DNA of 61,900 nucleotides, taken from NCBI GenBank assembly GCA_020724865.1, contig DYGA01000003.1:1-61900 (forward strand). The letters are read 5' to 3'. Both the position numbers and the translations under genes were made by a program. A model generated the notes under the pieces. That model saw nothing but the letters and a program-made list of their open reading frames with translations. It ran no database searches and was not told where the DNA came from. Positions 50,951 to 61,149 of this stretch are shown piece by piece. Source of the DNA: Candidatus Paceibacter sp. GTDB taxonomy: Bacteria > Patescibacteriota > Patescibacteriia > S139-126. Within the stretch, counting starts at the first letter, position 1, and each line of letters begins with the position of its first letter.

Positions 50951-52357
50951 ATGAAAAAATTAGAACTTACATTCGCGGTTATTTCTGTACCGGTAGATTA
51001 TATTATGTTAGTTTGTGCTGGGATTAGCGCTTATTGGTTACGTTATGCCGATTGGGTGCAAGCTATAAGACCAATTATTTTTGATTTAGACTATTATCAA
51101 TATTTGCGAGTTGTTTTTTTTATAGGTTTAATTTGGTTATTGGTTTTTGCGCTTCAAGGACTTTATACTATAAATATACATAAACGCTTAATTGATGAGT
51201 TAACAAAAATTATTTTTGCCTGTTCAACCGGATTGATGATAATAATTGTTTATATTTTTTGGCAGCGTGAATTTTTTGATTCTCGTTTTATAATTTTAGC
51301 CGGCTGGTTGTTGGCAATATTTTATGTCAGTCTGGCAAGGATTATTTTGAGATTTATACGCCGACGTTTATTAATTCACAATCGCGGAGTGACTAATATT
51401 GTTTTAATAGGTAATGATAGTTCCAGTGATAATTTGGCGGCTACTTTGTATCGACAACCGGAATTAGGTTACCGTATATTAGAAAGATTAAATGATTTTT
51501 CTCCCGAACGATTATTACAAATTTTAGCTGAAAAAAATATCGATGAGGTAATTTTATCTGATAGTAATTTATCCAAAGAAATTAGGTCTGATATATTAAA
51601 CTTTTGTCATAGTCATCATCTTGGTTTTCAATATGTTGCAGATATATTTGATGCTCAGTCACATAACGTTGAAGTTCATTCTATCGCCGGCATGCCTTTG
51701 ATTGAAATTAAAAAAACTTCGTTGGATGGTTGGGGTAGAATTTATAAAAGATTGTTTGATATTATTTTTAGTTTAGTTTTTATAATTTTAATTTTTCCCC
51801 TCGGTTTGATTTTGTCTTTATTGATTGTATTAGATTCTTATGGTCCAGCGATAGTTAAATTACGTCGTGTCGGTAAAGAGGGTAAAGTATTTATGATGTA
51901 TAAGTTTCGTTCGATGATAAAAGATGCCCATTTACTTAAATATGATAAAGATGGCAATTTAAAGCCTGATTTAGCCAAACAAAATTTGCGTTCTGACGGA
52001 CCGTTATTTAAAAATGAAAATGACAGCCGTATTACTAGATTTGGTAAATTTTTACGTCGTTCTAGTTTGGACGAATTACCGCAGCTAATCAATGTTCTTC
52101 GCGGCGAAATGAGTTTAGTTGGCCCTAGACCACATGAACCAGAAGAGGTTAATAAGTATCAACAACACCAAAAAAAATTACTTTCGATAAAACCAGGTAT
52201 GACCGGCTTAGCTCAGATATCTGGCCGATCAAATTTATCATTTTCTGAAGAAGTAAAATTGGATTTATATTATATTGAAAATTGGTCGTTAAAAAATGAT
52301 TTACAAATAATTTTTAAAACCTTTTGGGTGGTAATTAAAAAACAAGGAGTTGCTTAA
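50951..52357 (+). CDS. Polyprenyl-phosphate glycosylphosphotransferase (WcaJ-like)
   Basis: KRLFD, YKFRSM, SLDELPQL.NV..GEMSLVGPRP, KPGMTGLAQISGR. Confidence 0.93.
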   Translation: MKKLELTFAVISVPVDYIMLVCAGISAYWLRYADWVQAIRPIIFDLDYYQYLRVVFFIGLIWLLVFALQGLYTINIHKRLIDELTKIIFACSTGLMIIIVYIFWQREFFDSRFIILAGWLLAIFYVSLARIILRFIRRRLLIHNRGVTNIVLIGNDSSSDNLAATLYRQPELGYRILERLNDFSPERLLQILAEKNIDEVILSDSNLSKEIRSDILNFCHSHHLGFQYVADIFDAQSHNVEVHSIAGMPLIEIKKTSLDGWGRIYKRLFDIIFSLVFIILIFPLGLILSLLIVLDSYGPAIVKLRRVGKEGKVFMMYKFRSMIKDAHLLKYDKDGNLKPDLAKQNLRSDGPLFKNENDSRITRFGKFLRRSSLDELPQLINVLRGEMSLVGPRPHEPEEVNKYQQHQKKLLSIKPGMTGLAQISGRSNLSFSEEVKLDLYYIENWSLKNDLQIIFKTFWVVIKKQGVA

Positions 52358-52359
52358 AC

Positions 52360-53484
52360 ATGAAAATTGCTTTAATTCATGATCATTTAAATCAATTTGG
52401 CGGGGCAGAGCGCGTTTTACTTAATATGCGTGCAATTTGGCCACAAAGTCCAATATACACTTTGATTTATGATGAGAAAAAAATGGGCAAATGGTTTAAA
52501 GATAGCCAGATTATTGAATCTTTTATAAAAAAATTACCGGCCAGCCGCAAACATTTTAAGTGGTATTTACCTTTAATGCCAGCAGCCTTTGAACAATTTA
52601 ATTTATCACAATACGATGTTGTATTATCATCGGTCTCGGGACTGGCTAAAAGTGTTATTGTTAACCCCGAAGCTTTACATATTTGTTATTGTCATACTCC
52701 TACTAGATATTTATGGTCTGATACACACAGTTATACTGAAGAGTTACATCAGCCTTGGTTAGTAAAAAAATTATTACCTCCTTTGCTTACTTATTTACGC
52801 ATGTGTGATTACAATGCTGCTCAGCGGGTTGATATTTTTTTAGCTAATTCGCAGTTTGTTGCTCGCAGAATAAAAAAATATTATCGACGGGAAGCGCAAG
52901 TGTTATATCCGCCGGTAGAAACATCACAATTTAGTATAAGTAAAGAAATTGATAAATATTTTTTAATCGTTTCTCGTTTGCGGCCTTATAAACGAGTTGA
53001 TATTGCTGTTCGTGCTTTCAATAAATTAGGATTACCTTTAAAAATAATCGGAGTCGGAGAGGAAGCTGAACGCTTACGCAAGCTGGCTAAACCTAATATA
53101 GAATTTTTGGGAGCGGTGTCAGACGAATTAAGAAATAAGTATTATGCAAGAGCCAGAGCTTTTATAAATCCACAAGAAGAAGATTTTGGTATTACTGCTG
53201 TAGAAGCTATGGCAGCTGGTCGTCCCGTAATTGCTTATCGTTCGGGAGGAGCCGTAGAAAGTATAGTGGATGAAATAACCGGAACTTTTTTTGAGGAACA
53301 AAGTTGGGAAGCATTGGCCGATGCAGTAATTCGTTTTGATGAAAAACAATTTGATCCTCAAGTTATTAGAGCTCACGCCCAAAAATTTGATTCCCAACAG
53401 TTTCGGATTTCTTTGCAAAATATTGTAGAAAAAGAATGGGAAAAATTTTATAATTATTCCCGTGGTTATGAAAATCGGAATTGA
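52360..53484 (+). CDS. Glycosyltransferase family 4 (WbaZ-like)
   Basis: HDHL…GGAERV, CYCHTP.RY.W, EEDFGI..VEAMA.G. Confidence 0.92.
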   Translation: MKIALIHDHLNQFGGAERVLLNMRAIWPQSPIYTLIYDEKKMGKWFKDSQIIESFIKKLPASRKHFKWYLPLMPAAFEQFNLSQYDVVLSSVSGLAKSVIVNPEALHICYCHTPTRYLWSDTHSYTEELHQPWLVKKLLPPLLTYLRMCDYNAAQRVDIFLANSQFVARRIKKYYRREAQVLYPPVETSQFSISKEIDKYFLIVSRLRPYKRVDIAVRAFNKLGLPLKIIGVGEEAERLRKLAKPNIEFLGAVSDELRNKYYARARAFINPQEEDFGITAVEAMAAGRPVIAYRSGGAVESIVDEITGTFFEEQSWEALADAVIRFDEKQFDPQVIRAHAQKFDSQQFRISLQNIVEKEWEKFYNYSRGYENRN

Positions 53485-54592
53485 TGCCAGATGTTTTTTA
53501 GAAAAAAATTATTCTGGGGTAAGTTTTTATACCAGTAATTTATTAAGCTCGTGGGCAGAAATATCTCCTCACGATAAATTTATTTTACATGTCAATAGTT
53601 TTTTTAAGCCCCAACATTGGCCAAATTTAAAATCGCCCAACATATTTAAGTTGATTACCAATTATCCAAGTAAATTAATCAGTCTGAGCACTTTTTTGTT
53701 TAATCGTCCTTATTTTGATAAGTGGCTTGATTCACCTGATGCCTATTGGGTTCCAGGTAACAATTTTATCAGTTTATCTAATCAAGTTAAAAAAGTTTAT
53801 ACCTGTCATGATCTGTCTTGGTTGGTATTTCCTGAATTTTATTCTTTGAAAGGAAAGATTTGGCATCAAGCATTGCAATTAACAAAAAAATTTTTACAGG
53901 CCGATAAAATAATAGCCGTCAGTGAATATACCAAAAGTGATTTATTACGTTTTTATCCGCAAATAGATGAAAAAAAAATCGTTGTTATTCATTCTGGAGT
54001 AAATTTAAAAAAATTAACTGAAGAACAGATTGATTATTATGCTAAAAATTTATCTTTGCCCGAAGATTATATTTTATATTTGGGTAATATTGAACCAAGA
54101 AAGAATGTTTTAAATTTAATATTGGCTTTTAATAAAATTTATAAAGATTTTCCTGGATTAAATTTAATTATTGCTGGCGGGAGCGGTTGGCACTATGGTT
54201 ATAGCCGTTTAGTATTAAATGTTAGTAAAAAAAATCCTCAAATCAGATATTTGGGTTATGTCAATGAAGAACAAAAGTCAGTTTTATATAAAAAAGCAAA
54301 AATTTTTGTTTTTCCATCATATTACGAAGGTTTTGGTTTTCCTCCTCTGGAGGCCATGCAGTATGCCTGTCCGGTTATTACCAGTCAGACAACTTCATTG
54401 CCAGAAATTGTTGGTCGGGCGGCGGTTTTAATAAATCCTTTTGATATTAATGATATTGCCAGCGCTATAGCTGAGGTATTGAAAAATACAAGTTGGCAAA
54501 CCGAATTGATAAAACGTGGTCAAAAGCAAGTACAAAATTTTACTTGGCAAAAAACTGCTTTACAAATGAAAGAATTATTTTCACAATTATGA
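53468..54592 (+). CDS. Glycosyltransferase family 4
   Basis: MKIGIDAR, G.IEPRKN, FPS.YEGFGFPPLEAM. Confidence 0.92.
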   Translation: MKIGIDARCFLEKNYSGVSFYTSNLLSSWAEISPHDKFILHVNSFFKPQHWPNLKSPNIFKLITNYPSKLISLSTFLFNRPYFDKWLDSPDAYWVPGNNFISLSNQVKKVYTCHDLSWLVFPEFYSLKGKIWHQALQLTKKFLQADKIIAVSEYTKSDLLRFYPQIDEKKIVVIHSGVNLKKLTEEQIDYYAKNLSLPEDYILYLGNIEPRKNVLNLILAFNKIYKDFPGLNLIIAGGSGWHYGYSRLVLNVSKKNPQIRYLGYVNEEQKSVLYKKAKIFVFPSYYEGFGFPPLEAMQYACPVITSQTTSLPEIVGRAAVLINPFDINDIASAIAEVLKNTSWQTELIKRGQKQVQNFTWQKTALQMKELFSQL

Positions 54593-55698
54593 AAATCGGC
54601 ATTGACGCTCGTCTTTATGGGGCACAAAAAAATCGAGGTATTGGTCGTTATATTGAAAAATTATTATATCATTTACAAAATATTGATACCACTAATCAAT
54701 ATTATATTTTTTTATTGCCAGAAAATTATGAATTATTTTCCATTACAGCAAAAAATTTTCATAAAATAAAAGTAAATATTCCGTGGTATTCTTGGCGGGA
54801 ACAATTATTGTGGCCTTTTATTTTGTATTTTTATAATTTTGATTTGGTGCATTTTACTCATTTTAATGTGCCGATTATTTATGGTAGAAAATATATTATC
54901 ACTTTACATGATTTAATAATGACACATTATACTGATGATCGCAGTACTACCAAAAATAAATATATTTATAAAATAAAGATATGTCTGGCTAGATTTATGG
55001 TGAATTTTACGGCTCGCAAGGCAAAAGGTATAATTTGTCCGTCACAATACACCCGCTCAGATGTGGTTAAACATTTAAAGATTAAAAAAGAAAATTGTTA
55101 CGTTATTTATGAAGCTGTTGAATCACAGCCCGCGCAAATATTAACTGATGATTTTGATAAACGTTTAATTCCTGGTAAATTTTTTTTGTATGTAGGAGCG
55201 GCTTATCCTCATAAAAATTTAGAACGAATGATAAATGGTTTTTTAAAATTTAACAAATCAGATCATTATTATTTGGTTTTGGTTGGCCGTCAGGATTATT
55301 TTTATTCTCGCTTACGAGAAAAGTATAAAAATAAAAACAAAATAATTTTTATCGGTCCGGTCAGTGATAGGGAATTAGCCTACTTGTATAGTCAGGCGAT
55401 TGCTTTTATTTTTCCTTCGTTGATTGAAGGTTTTGGCTTACCACCTTTAGAGGCAATGCAATATAATTGCCCAGTAATTAGTAGTAACAGTAGTTGTTTA
55501 CCAGAGGTATTAGGTGAAGCAGCTCTGTTTTTTAATCCCAGTCAAGAGGAAGAAATTAGTGCTTGTTTAAACAAAATTATTACTGATAAAGTCCTTGGAG
55601 AAAATCTTAGATCAAAAGGCAAAATGCTTTTACAAAAATATTCTTGGATTAAAATGGCCACAGAAACCGCTCAGTTATATAAACGATTTGGTAAATAA
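54589..55698 (+). CDS. Glycosyltransferase family 4 (start MKIGIDAR)
   Basis: GIGRY, YPHKN, FPSLIEGFGLPPLEAM. Confidence 0.92.
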   Translation: MKIGIDARLYGAQKNRGIGRYIEKLLYHLQNIDTTNQYYIFLLPENYELFSITAKNFHKIKVNIPWYSWREQLLWPFILYFYNFDLVHFTHFNVPIIYGRKYIITLHDLIMTHYTDDRSTTKNKYIYKIKICLARFMVNFTARKAKGIICPSQYTRSDVVKHLKIKKENCYVIYEAVESQPAQILTDDFDKRLIPGKFFLYVGAAYPHKNLERMINGFLKFNKSDHYYLVLVGRQDYFYSRLREKYKNKNKIIFIGPVSDRELAYLYSQAIAFIFPSLIEGFGLPPLEAMQYNCPVISSNSSCLPEVLGEAALFFNPSQEEEISACLNKIITDKVLGENLRSKGKMLLQKYSWIKMATETAQLYKRFGK

Positions 55699-55739
55699 CA
55701 AATTTTGTTGTATAATTTTTATGTCTAAATATTTTTCCA

Positions 55740-58601
55740 ATGAGTAAAAAAATAAAAAAGATAAAACGAAAATTGCAGCAACTTTCCTCAAACAAAAAGT
55801 CCAAAATTCAAGCAAAAAAAGTTACTAAAGTTAAACAAAATCAAGCTAAAAAAATAAAGCGAGCGGAAAGTTTGGGGAAGCAAAGGTTGAAAGTTAGTAA
55901 AAAGAAATCTGTTATTCTATCAAGCAAAAAAGATAGCGATATTTTTTTATTTTCTGAAGATAATGTCCAAGTATATAAACAAACTATACAAACTATCAAA
56001 TCACCGGATTCGGATAAGTTATGGCCAGAAAATACCTCTATCACCAGTGAGATTGGGTCGATGGATAGTTTAGTTAAAAAGCCTCAAGATGGTATTTCGT
56101 TGGGTAATGGCAAAAATAGTGAATTAAATAATGGAATTCAACAAACAATACATATTAATAAAGTATCTCAACAAAAAACATCTCCTCATATTGTTGATTT
56201 AAAAAATAGAAATTTTTACACCGAACGTGCTTTATCACATTTACCTCCAAAACTTACTTGGGAAGAAAAAATTGCTCAGTGGGATCAAAAATTTCAAAAA
56301 GTCAAAACAAATTTTATTACTCCTGAATTAAATGATTACAAGTATCAAAGAGATTTATTTAAAAATCAGAAAAATCAGAAGCCGAATTTTATAAAAAGAT
56401 TTTGGCTACGAGTCGGCGCTGCCATCGGATCTGCTTATCAGTATATTATTGAATCATTTTCTCGGTGGGGGGAAAATAAAACCGAAGAAATCCTTCAACT
56501 GGCAGCTCAGACAACTGACAATATTCAAACAAATGATTATTTATTAGCTTCATCGAAAAAACAACCCGGATTAATGTCAACAGATATTCTAGTTTCTCTG
56601 AAGGTTTTTGTGCTCATAGCTTTAGTTTTAGTAATTCCATTGCAAGGTTATACATATTATCATAATTTACGATCGCAACGAGAGATGGTATTGGGTGCTA
56701 CCAGTTCGATTTATGATGATTTTCAGCAAGGCTTTGCTGCATTTGAACAACTTGATTTTTCTACTGCCAACAATAGATTTTCTGAAGCCCAATCTAATTT
56801 GCATTCAGTAAATAAAATTTTGGAAAAATATCCATCATTTTTAATATCTTTAGCAAAAATTATTCCTAGTTTTGGTCAAGAAGTAAGTAGTGGATTGTAT
56901 GTTATGGCCGCGGGGAACAAAATGGCTGAACTAGGCATCAATTTATCCAATTTATTTTCTGATTTGCAAACACATAGCTCAAATAACATCGAAATTTTAC
57001 AAGCCCTGCAATTAGGTTTAAATAATTCTTTTGCCACTTTGCAAGAAATTGAGGATTTATTAGCCAAAGTTGATGTTGATAGTTTGCCAGACGGTTATCG
57101 AGAACAATTTGTCCAATTGAATAATATTTTACCCCAAGCAAAAGATGTTTTTAAAAATGCTGCTGCAGTTAGTATGTTTGCCAGCGATTGGTTGGGAGCC
57201 AATGAACCCCAACGTTATTTATTGGTTTTTCAAAATAGCAACGAATTACGCCCCACTGGTGGTTTTATTGGTTCAATTGCTGAAGTAGATATTAAAAATG
57301 GCGAGATACAAAATTTTTATTTACCTCCTGGTGGAGTTTATGATTTGCAAGGCAATTTAAAAATATTGTTAGCTGCCCCAGAGCCTTTACGCTTGCTCAA
57401 TGCCAACTGGCAATTACAAGATAGTAATTGGTTTTTTGATTTTCCTACTAGCGCTAAAAAAATAATTTGGTTTTACGAAAAGTCGGGCGGTCCAACAGTT
57501 GATGGCGTAATTGCAGTGAATTCACAAATTTTACCAAAAATTTTAGCGATTACTGGACCAATAGAGTTGAAAGAATTTAATTTAGTTTTAACTGCAGACA
57601 ATGTGATTGCTGAATTGCAATCTGAAGTAGAAATAAATTATGATCGCGAACTAAATCAGCCGAAAAAAATTATTGCTAGTTTAATGCCTATTATTTTGCA
57701 ACGTTTAGAAAATTTACCTCCTCAAGATTTTTTTAGCACTTTTTCTTTACTTTATAAAGCGTTGCAAGTCAGAGATATTCAACTTTACCACCAACAAGAC
57801 AATTTACAGAGTGAGATTTTACATTTTGGGTTTGGCGGGCAAGTTCAGTCCGCTGATCATGATTATTTAGCTATTGTTGATACTAATATTGGTGGTGGCA
57901 AAACCGATCAAGTGATTAGTAGCCAAGTTTTACTAACCAGTAATATTAATAGCAACGGAGAAATTATCAATACGTTAAAAATTATTAAACAACATAATGG
58001 TGATAGTACTGATTTATTTACCGGTCATACTTATCGTGATTATATTCGCGTTTATGTTCCATTAGGTAGCAAACTGATATCTGCTACCGGTTTTAACCCG
58101 CCTGATCCAGCTGAGTTTAATGACCCCGAGGCAGGATATAGTGAGGATGATTTTTTGAAAAAAATTGAAACCAACGAAATAATTGATTTGGAAACAAAAA
58201 CCAGAATTACTGATGAATTCAACAAGACGGTATTTGGTAATTGGTTAAGTTTGACTCCGGGCGAACAAAAGGAAGTATCATTGACGTATATTTTACCAAA
58301 TAAAGTTGATTTTAAAAAAACAAACCAGGATAATTATTTTATTTCTATAGTTAATAACTTTCTCAACAACCTGGGGCTAAGTGAAGGTGAAGAAAATGAA
58401 GTTGCAATGCACACTTTGTTATTACAAAAACAGTCGGGCCAGCCACCTTATAGTTTTTCTCATGAAATAATATTTCCCAATTCTTGGAATGTTTCAGTAA
58501 GTAATTTATTGAAAGACAATACTGCCCGCAGAGATAATCGGGTGTACTATCAGAATACAGTTATATCCGACCAGATTTGGGGTATAATTTTCAGTCGGTA
58601 A
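55740..58601 (+). CDS. DUF4012-like membrane-anchored protein
   Basis: RYLLVFQN..ELRPTGGFIGS, DSNWF.DFPTSA, VDGVIAV, QKQSG. Confidence 0.85.
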   Translation: MSKKIKKIKRKLQQLSSNKKSKIQAKKVTKVKQNQAKKIKRAESLGKQRLKVSKKKSVILSSKKDSDIFLFSEDNVQVYKQTIQTIKSPDSDKLWPENTSITSEIGSMDSLVKKPQDGISLGNGKNSELNNGIQQTIHINKVSQQKTSPHIVDLKNRNFYTERALSHLPPKLTWEEKIAQWDQKFQKVKTNFITPELNDYKYQRDLFKNQKNQKPNFIKRFWLRVGAAIGSAYQYIIESFSRWGENKTEEILQLAAQTTDNIQTNDYLLASSKKQPGLMSTDILVSLKVFVLIALVLVIPLQGYTYYHNLRSQREMVLGATSSIYDDFQQGFAAFEQLDFSTANNRFSEAQSNLHSVNKILEKYPSFLISLAKIIPSFGQEVSSGLYVMAAGNKMAELGINLSNLFSDLQTHSSNNIEILQALQLGLNNSFATLQEIEDLLAKVDVDSLPDGYREQFVQLNNILPQAKDVFKNAAAVSMFASDWLGANEPQRYLLVFQNSNELRPTGGFIGSIAEVDIKNGEIQNFYLPPGGVYDLQGNLKILLAAPEPLRLLNANWQLQDSNWFFDFPTSAKKIIWFYEKSGGPTVDGVIAVNSQILPKILAITGPIELKEFNLVLTADNVIAELQSEVEINYDRELNQPKKIIASLMPIILQRLENLPPQDFFSTFSLLYKALQVRDIQLYHQQDNLQSEILHFGFGGQVQSADHDYLAIVDTNIGGGKTDQVISSQVLLTSNINSNGEIINTLKIIKQHNGDSTDLFTGHTYRDYIRVYVPLGSKLISATGFNPPDPAEFNDPEAGYSEDDFLKKIETNEIIDLETKTRITDEFNKTVFGNWLSLTPGEQKEVSLTYILPNKVDFKKTNQDNYFISIVNNFLNNLGLSEGEENEVAMHTLLLQKQSGQPPYSFSHEIIFPNSWNVSVSNLLKDNTARRDNRVYYQNTVISDQIWGIIFSR

Positions 58602-58696
58602 TTATTTGGACCACTTTTTTATAAAATTGCGGATTTTTATCGGTAATTTTTATTTTATAATTTTAGCTAATATTAGCTAATTTTATGTATTTAATC

Positions 58697-58725
58697 TTGA
58701 CAAAATTTTATTTTGGGTGTATAAT
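58697..58725 (+). promoter_or_regulatory. Consensus sigma-70 promoter
   Basis: TTGACA (58697-702), 17-bp spacer, TATAAT (58720-25). Confidence 0.85.
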
Positions 58726-58730
58726 GAAAT

Positions 58731-59425
58731 GTTTAGAGAATTGGAGAGAGTAAAATAATAAAATGTATATCTCTCCAGATTCGGTTCAAGGAGAGTTTTT
58801 TGAAAATATTTAAGGAAGTATGAATTTGGAGGGAAAACTTGGAAATATTTTTTCAAGTTTATGGGCAAATTGGCCTAGCCCTTTTTATCCGGTTTTAAAC
58901 TGGGTATGTGCTAGACAATTTGTTCGTTTGATATCCCGCGATCGCGGGATCACTCAAACGTTTCCCTCAGAATTCATATTTTCTTATTTGGGAGTAGTTG
59001 TTTGGGGAGAGAGTGACTTGCTCGGTACAAAATATTTTTTAGACCGATTGCAGGCTCGCTCCCAAATAATTACTCCCACATGCTTCTACTTGGTTCTGGG
59101 CGTGAACTTACTGTTGTCTGTTTCATGCCCAAAACTGAGGAGAAGCAGCAAGGTAAACTAAAAAAACCAATTAAATCCTTGCAAAAAATTTTAAAATAAA
59201 ATACTGATGACGAGTGTGGCGCCCTTAAGAATATACTACAATATTGTAGGTGTATTTAAGGCTGACATTCGCCCTCAGTAATCTGGGTGCTTGGTTCGAG
59301 GCTAGTCGGTTGTCCCGCTTTGCGGGAAAAACTCTCTCCTCACAGCCGACCATGCAATTCTAGAACCAAGCCCCAGATTAGTGAGCCAATATAAAAAGCA
59401 CATTCTATGTGCTTTTTATATTTTT
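58731..59425 (+). ncRNA. Candidate large structured non-coding RNA, family not recognised
   Basis: Bounded by a promoter and terminator; about 10 long helices whose non-Watson-Crick pairs are mostly G-U on the + strand; 5'/3' closing helix; pseudoknot complementarity. Confidence 0.75.
59388..59425 (+). terminator. Intrinsic terminator (possibly bidirectional)
   Basis: AATATAAAAAGCACA/TGTGCTTTTTATATT 15-bp inverted repeat with T tail. Confidence 0.8.
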
Positions 59426-59480
59426 ATTGATATGTTTTTAATTTTAAAAAATTAAAATTTTATGTTAAAATACTTTTATA

Positions 59481-61088
59481 ATGTTTAATAAAATTTGGTT
59501 TAAATTGAATAACACCACTACGGGCGGGGCAATCTTGATTGCCTTTTTTTCTGTATTTGCCAAAATTGTCGGATTACTTAGAGACAGAATATTGGCGGCC
59601 AATTTTTCTGGTGCTAAGATTGATTTTTTGGATATTTATTATGCCGCTTTTAAATTGCCAGATTTAGTCTTTAATACTTTAGTGTTAGGTGCATTGGCTT
59701 CGGCATTTATTCCAGTATTTGTAAAATATTTACAAAAAAACAAAGAAGAAGCCAATCAAATTGCCAACTCTCTTTTAAATTTATTGTTGGTTGTTATTTC
59801 TCTTTTAACCATAGTTTTTATAATATTTGCTCCGTGGTTTACTCATCTGGTAGTCCCAGGTTTTAGCGGAGATAAATTTACTTTAACTGTAAGTTTTACC
59901 AGAGTAATGTTTTTGGCAATACTTTTTTTTACTGTATCCAATGTTTTGTCGGGAATTTTAAATTCTTATAAAAAGTTTTTAACTTTTTCTTTAGCTCCAA
60001 TTTTTTATAATCTGGGAATAATTTTTGGCATCTTATTTTTTACCAGATGGCTTGGTCCGATTGGGCTTGCTTGGGGAGTGGTATTGGGATCGTTTTTACA
60101 TTTATTAGTACAAATACCAGAAGTTTTAACCACTGGTTGGCGTTACAATTTTACTTATCAATTTAAACATCCGGCGGTTAGACAAATTATAACTTTGATG
60201 ATTCCTAGAACGTTTGGTTTGGCAGTAGCTCAAGTTAATCAAGTCGTTACCGTTATTATTGCTTCAACTTTGGCAGCTGGCTCAGTTGCTTATTTTAATC
60301 TGGCCAACAATTTACAGTCATTTCCCATTTCCGTTTTTGGCGTTTCAATCGCCATTGCCTGTTTTCCGGTTTTTTCCCAAGCTTTTGCGGAAAAAAATCA
60401 AGAAAAATTTGTGATTAGTTTTAGTGTTAATTTCCGGAGAATATTATATTTGATAATTCCTTTTTCAATTTTTTTACTTTTACTTAGAGCACAGATAGTA
60501 CGTTTGGTTTTAGGTACAGGTAACTTTAGTTGGACTGATACTATCCAGACGGCTCAAACTTTGGGATTTTTTTCTTTGTCATTATTTGCTCAGAGTTTAA
60601 TCCCGTTACTATCTCGTTCATTTTATGCATTTGAAGATACTAAAACTCCAGTATATATTAGTTTATTTTCCGTATTGGTAAATATGGTTGGCGCTATTAT
60701 TTTGGGTAATTATTATGGAATTTTTGGAGTCGCAATAGCTTTTTCTATAGCCTCAATTTTAAATTTTATAATTTTACTTACGATTTTAAGATTTAAAGTT
60801 GGCTATTTGGATGATAAAAAGTTAGCTTATTCAACTTTAAAAATAAGTTTTTTAAGCTTGTTGTGCGGATTATTAGCTTATTTAGTAATGCATATAGTTG
60901 CTCCCATGGTAAATATGCGTACTTTTTTTGGTATTTTTACGCAAACCTTAGCTGCCTTGTTTATTGGTGGTGGAGCTTATATAATACTGTCAGTTTTATT
61001 TAAGTTTGAAGAGGTTGAAATTATCGGTAAGTTTTTGAGCAAGTATTTAAAAGTGTTTCAAAAAAATAATAAACCAGAGAATCCTTAA
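59481..61088 (+). CDS. murJ: Lipid II flippase MurJ (MviN)
   Basis: GLLRDR.LA, Y.AAF.LPD, AFIPVF, A.NL..FP…FG, R.FYA..DTKTP. Confidence 0.95.
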   Translation: MFNKIWFKLNNTTTGGAILIAFFSVFAKIVGLLRDRILAANFSGAKIDFLDIYYAAFKLPDLVFNTLVLGALASAFIPVFVKYLQKNKEEANQIANSLLNLLLVVISLLTIVFIIFAPWFTHLVVPGFSGDKFTLTVSFTRVMFLAILFFTVSNVLSGILNSYKKFLTFSLAPIFYNLGIIFGILFFTRWLGPIGLAWGVVLGSFLHLLVQIPEVLTTGWRYNFTYQFKHPAVRQIITLMIPRTFGLAVAQVNQVVTVIIASTLAAGSVAYFNLANNLQSFPISVFGVSIAIACFPVFSQAFAEKNQEKFVISFSVNFRRILYLIIPFSIFLLLLRAQIVRLVLGTGNFSWTDTIQTAQTLGFFSLSLFAQSLIPLLSRSFYAFEDTKTPVYISLFSVLVNMVGAIILGNYYGIFGVAIAFSIASILNFIILLTILRFKVGYLDDKKLAYSTLKISFLSLLCGLLAYLVMHIVAPMVNMRTFFGIFTQTLAALFIGGGAYIILSVLFKFEEVEIIGKFLSKYLKVFQKNNKPENP

Positions 61089-61149
61089 TTAACTGAGATA
61101 ATTAGTTAATTAGAAAAATTTCAATGTAACTGATTTTGATTATATATTT

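Noticed and set aside
54493..54588. Upstream extensions in the ORF track (also 13921-13992 and 42018-42053)
   Set aside because: They overlap neighbouring genes or precede better ATG starts that match family N-termini.
58820..59161. 113-aa ORF with an AAGGA just upstream
   Set aside because: No recognisable motifs and atypical composition; its start region is buried in a 16-bp helix and it covers only half of the structured unit. Not fully excluded without RNAcode or proteomics.
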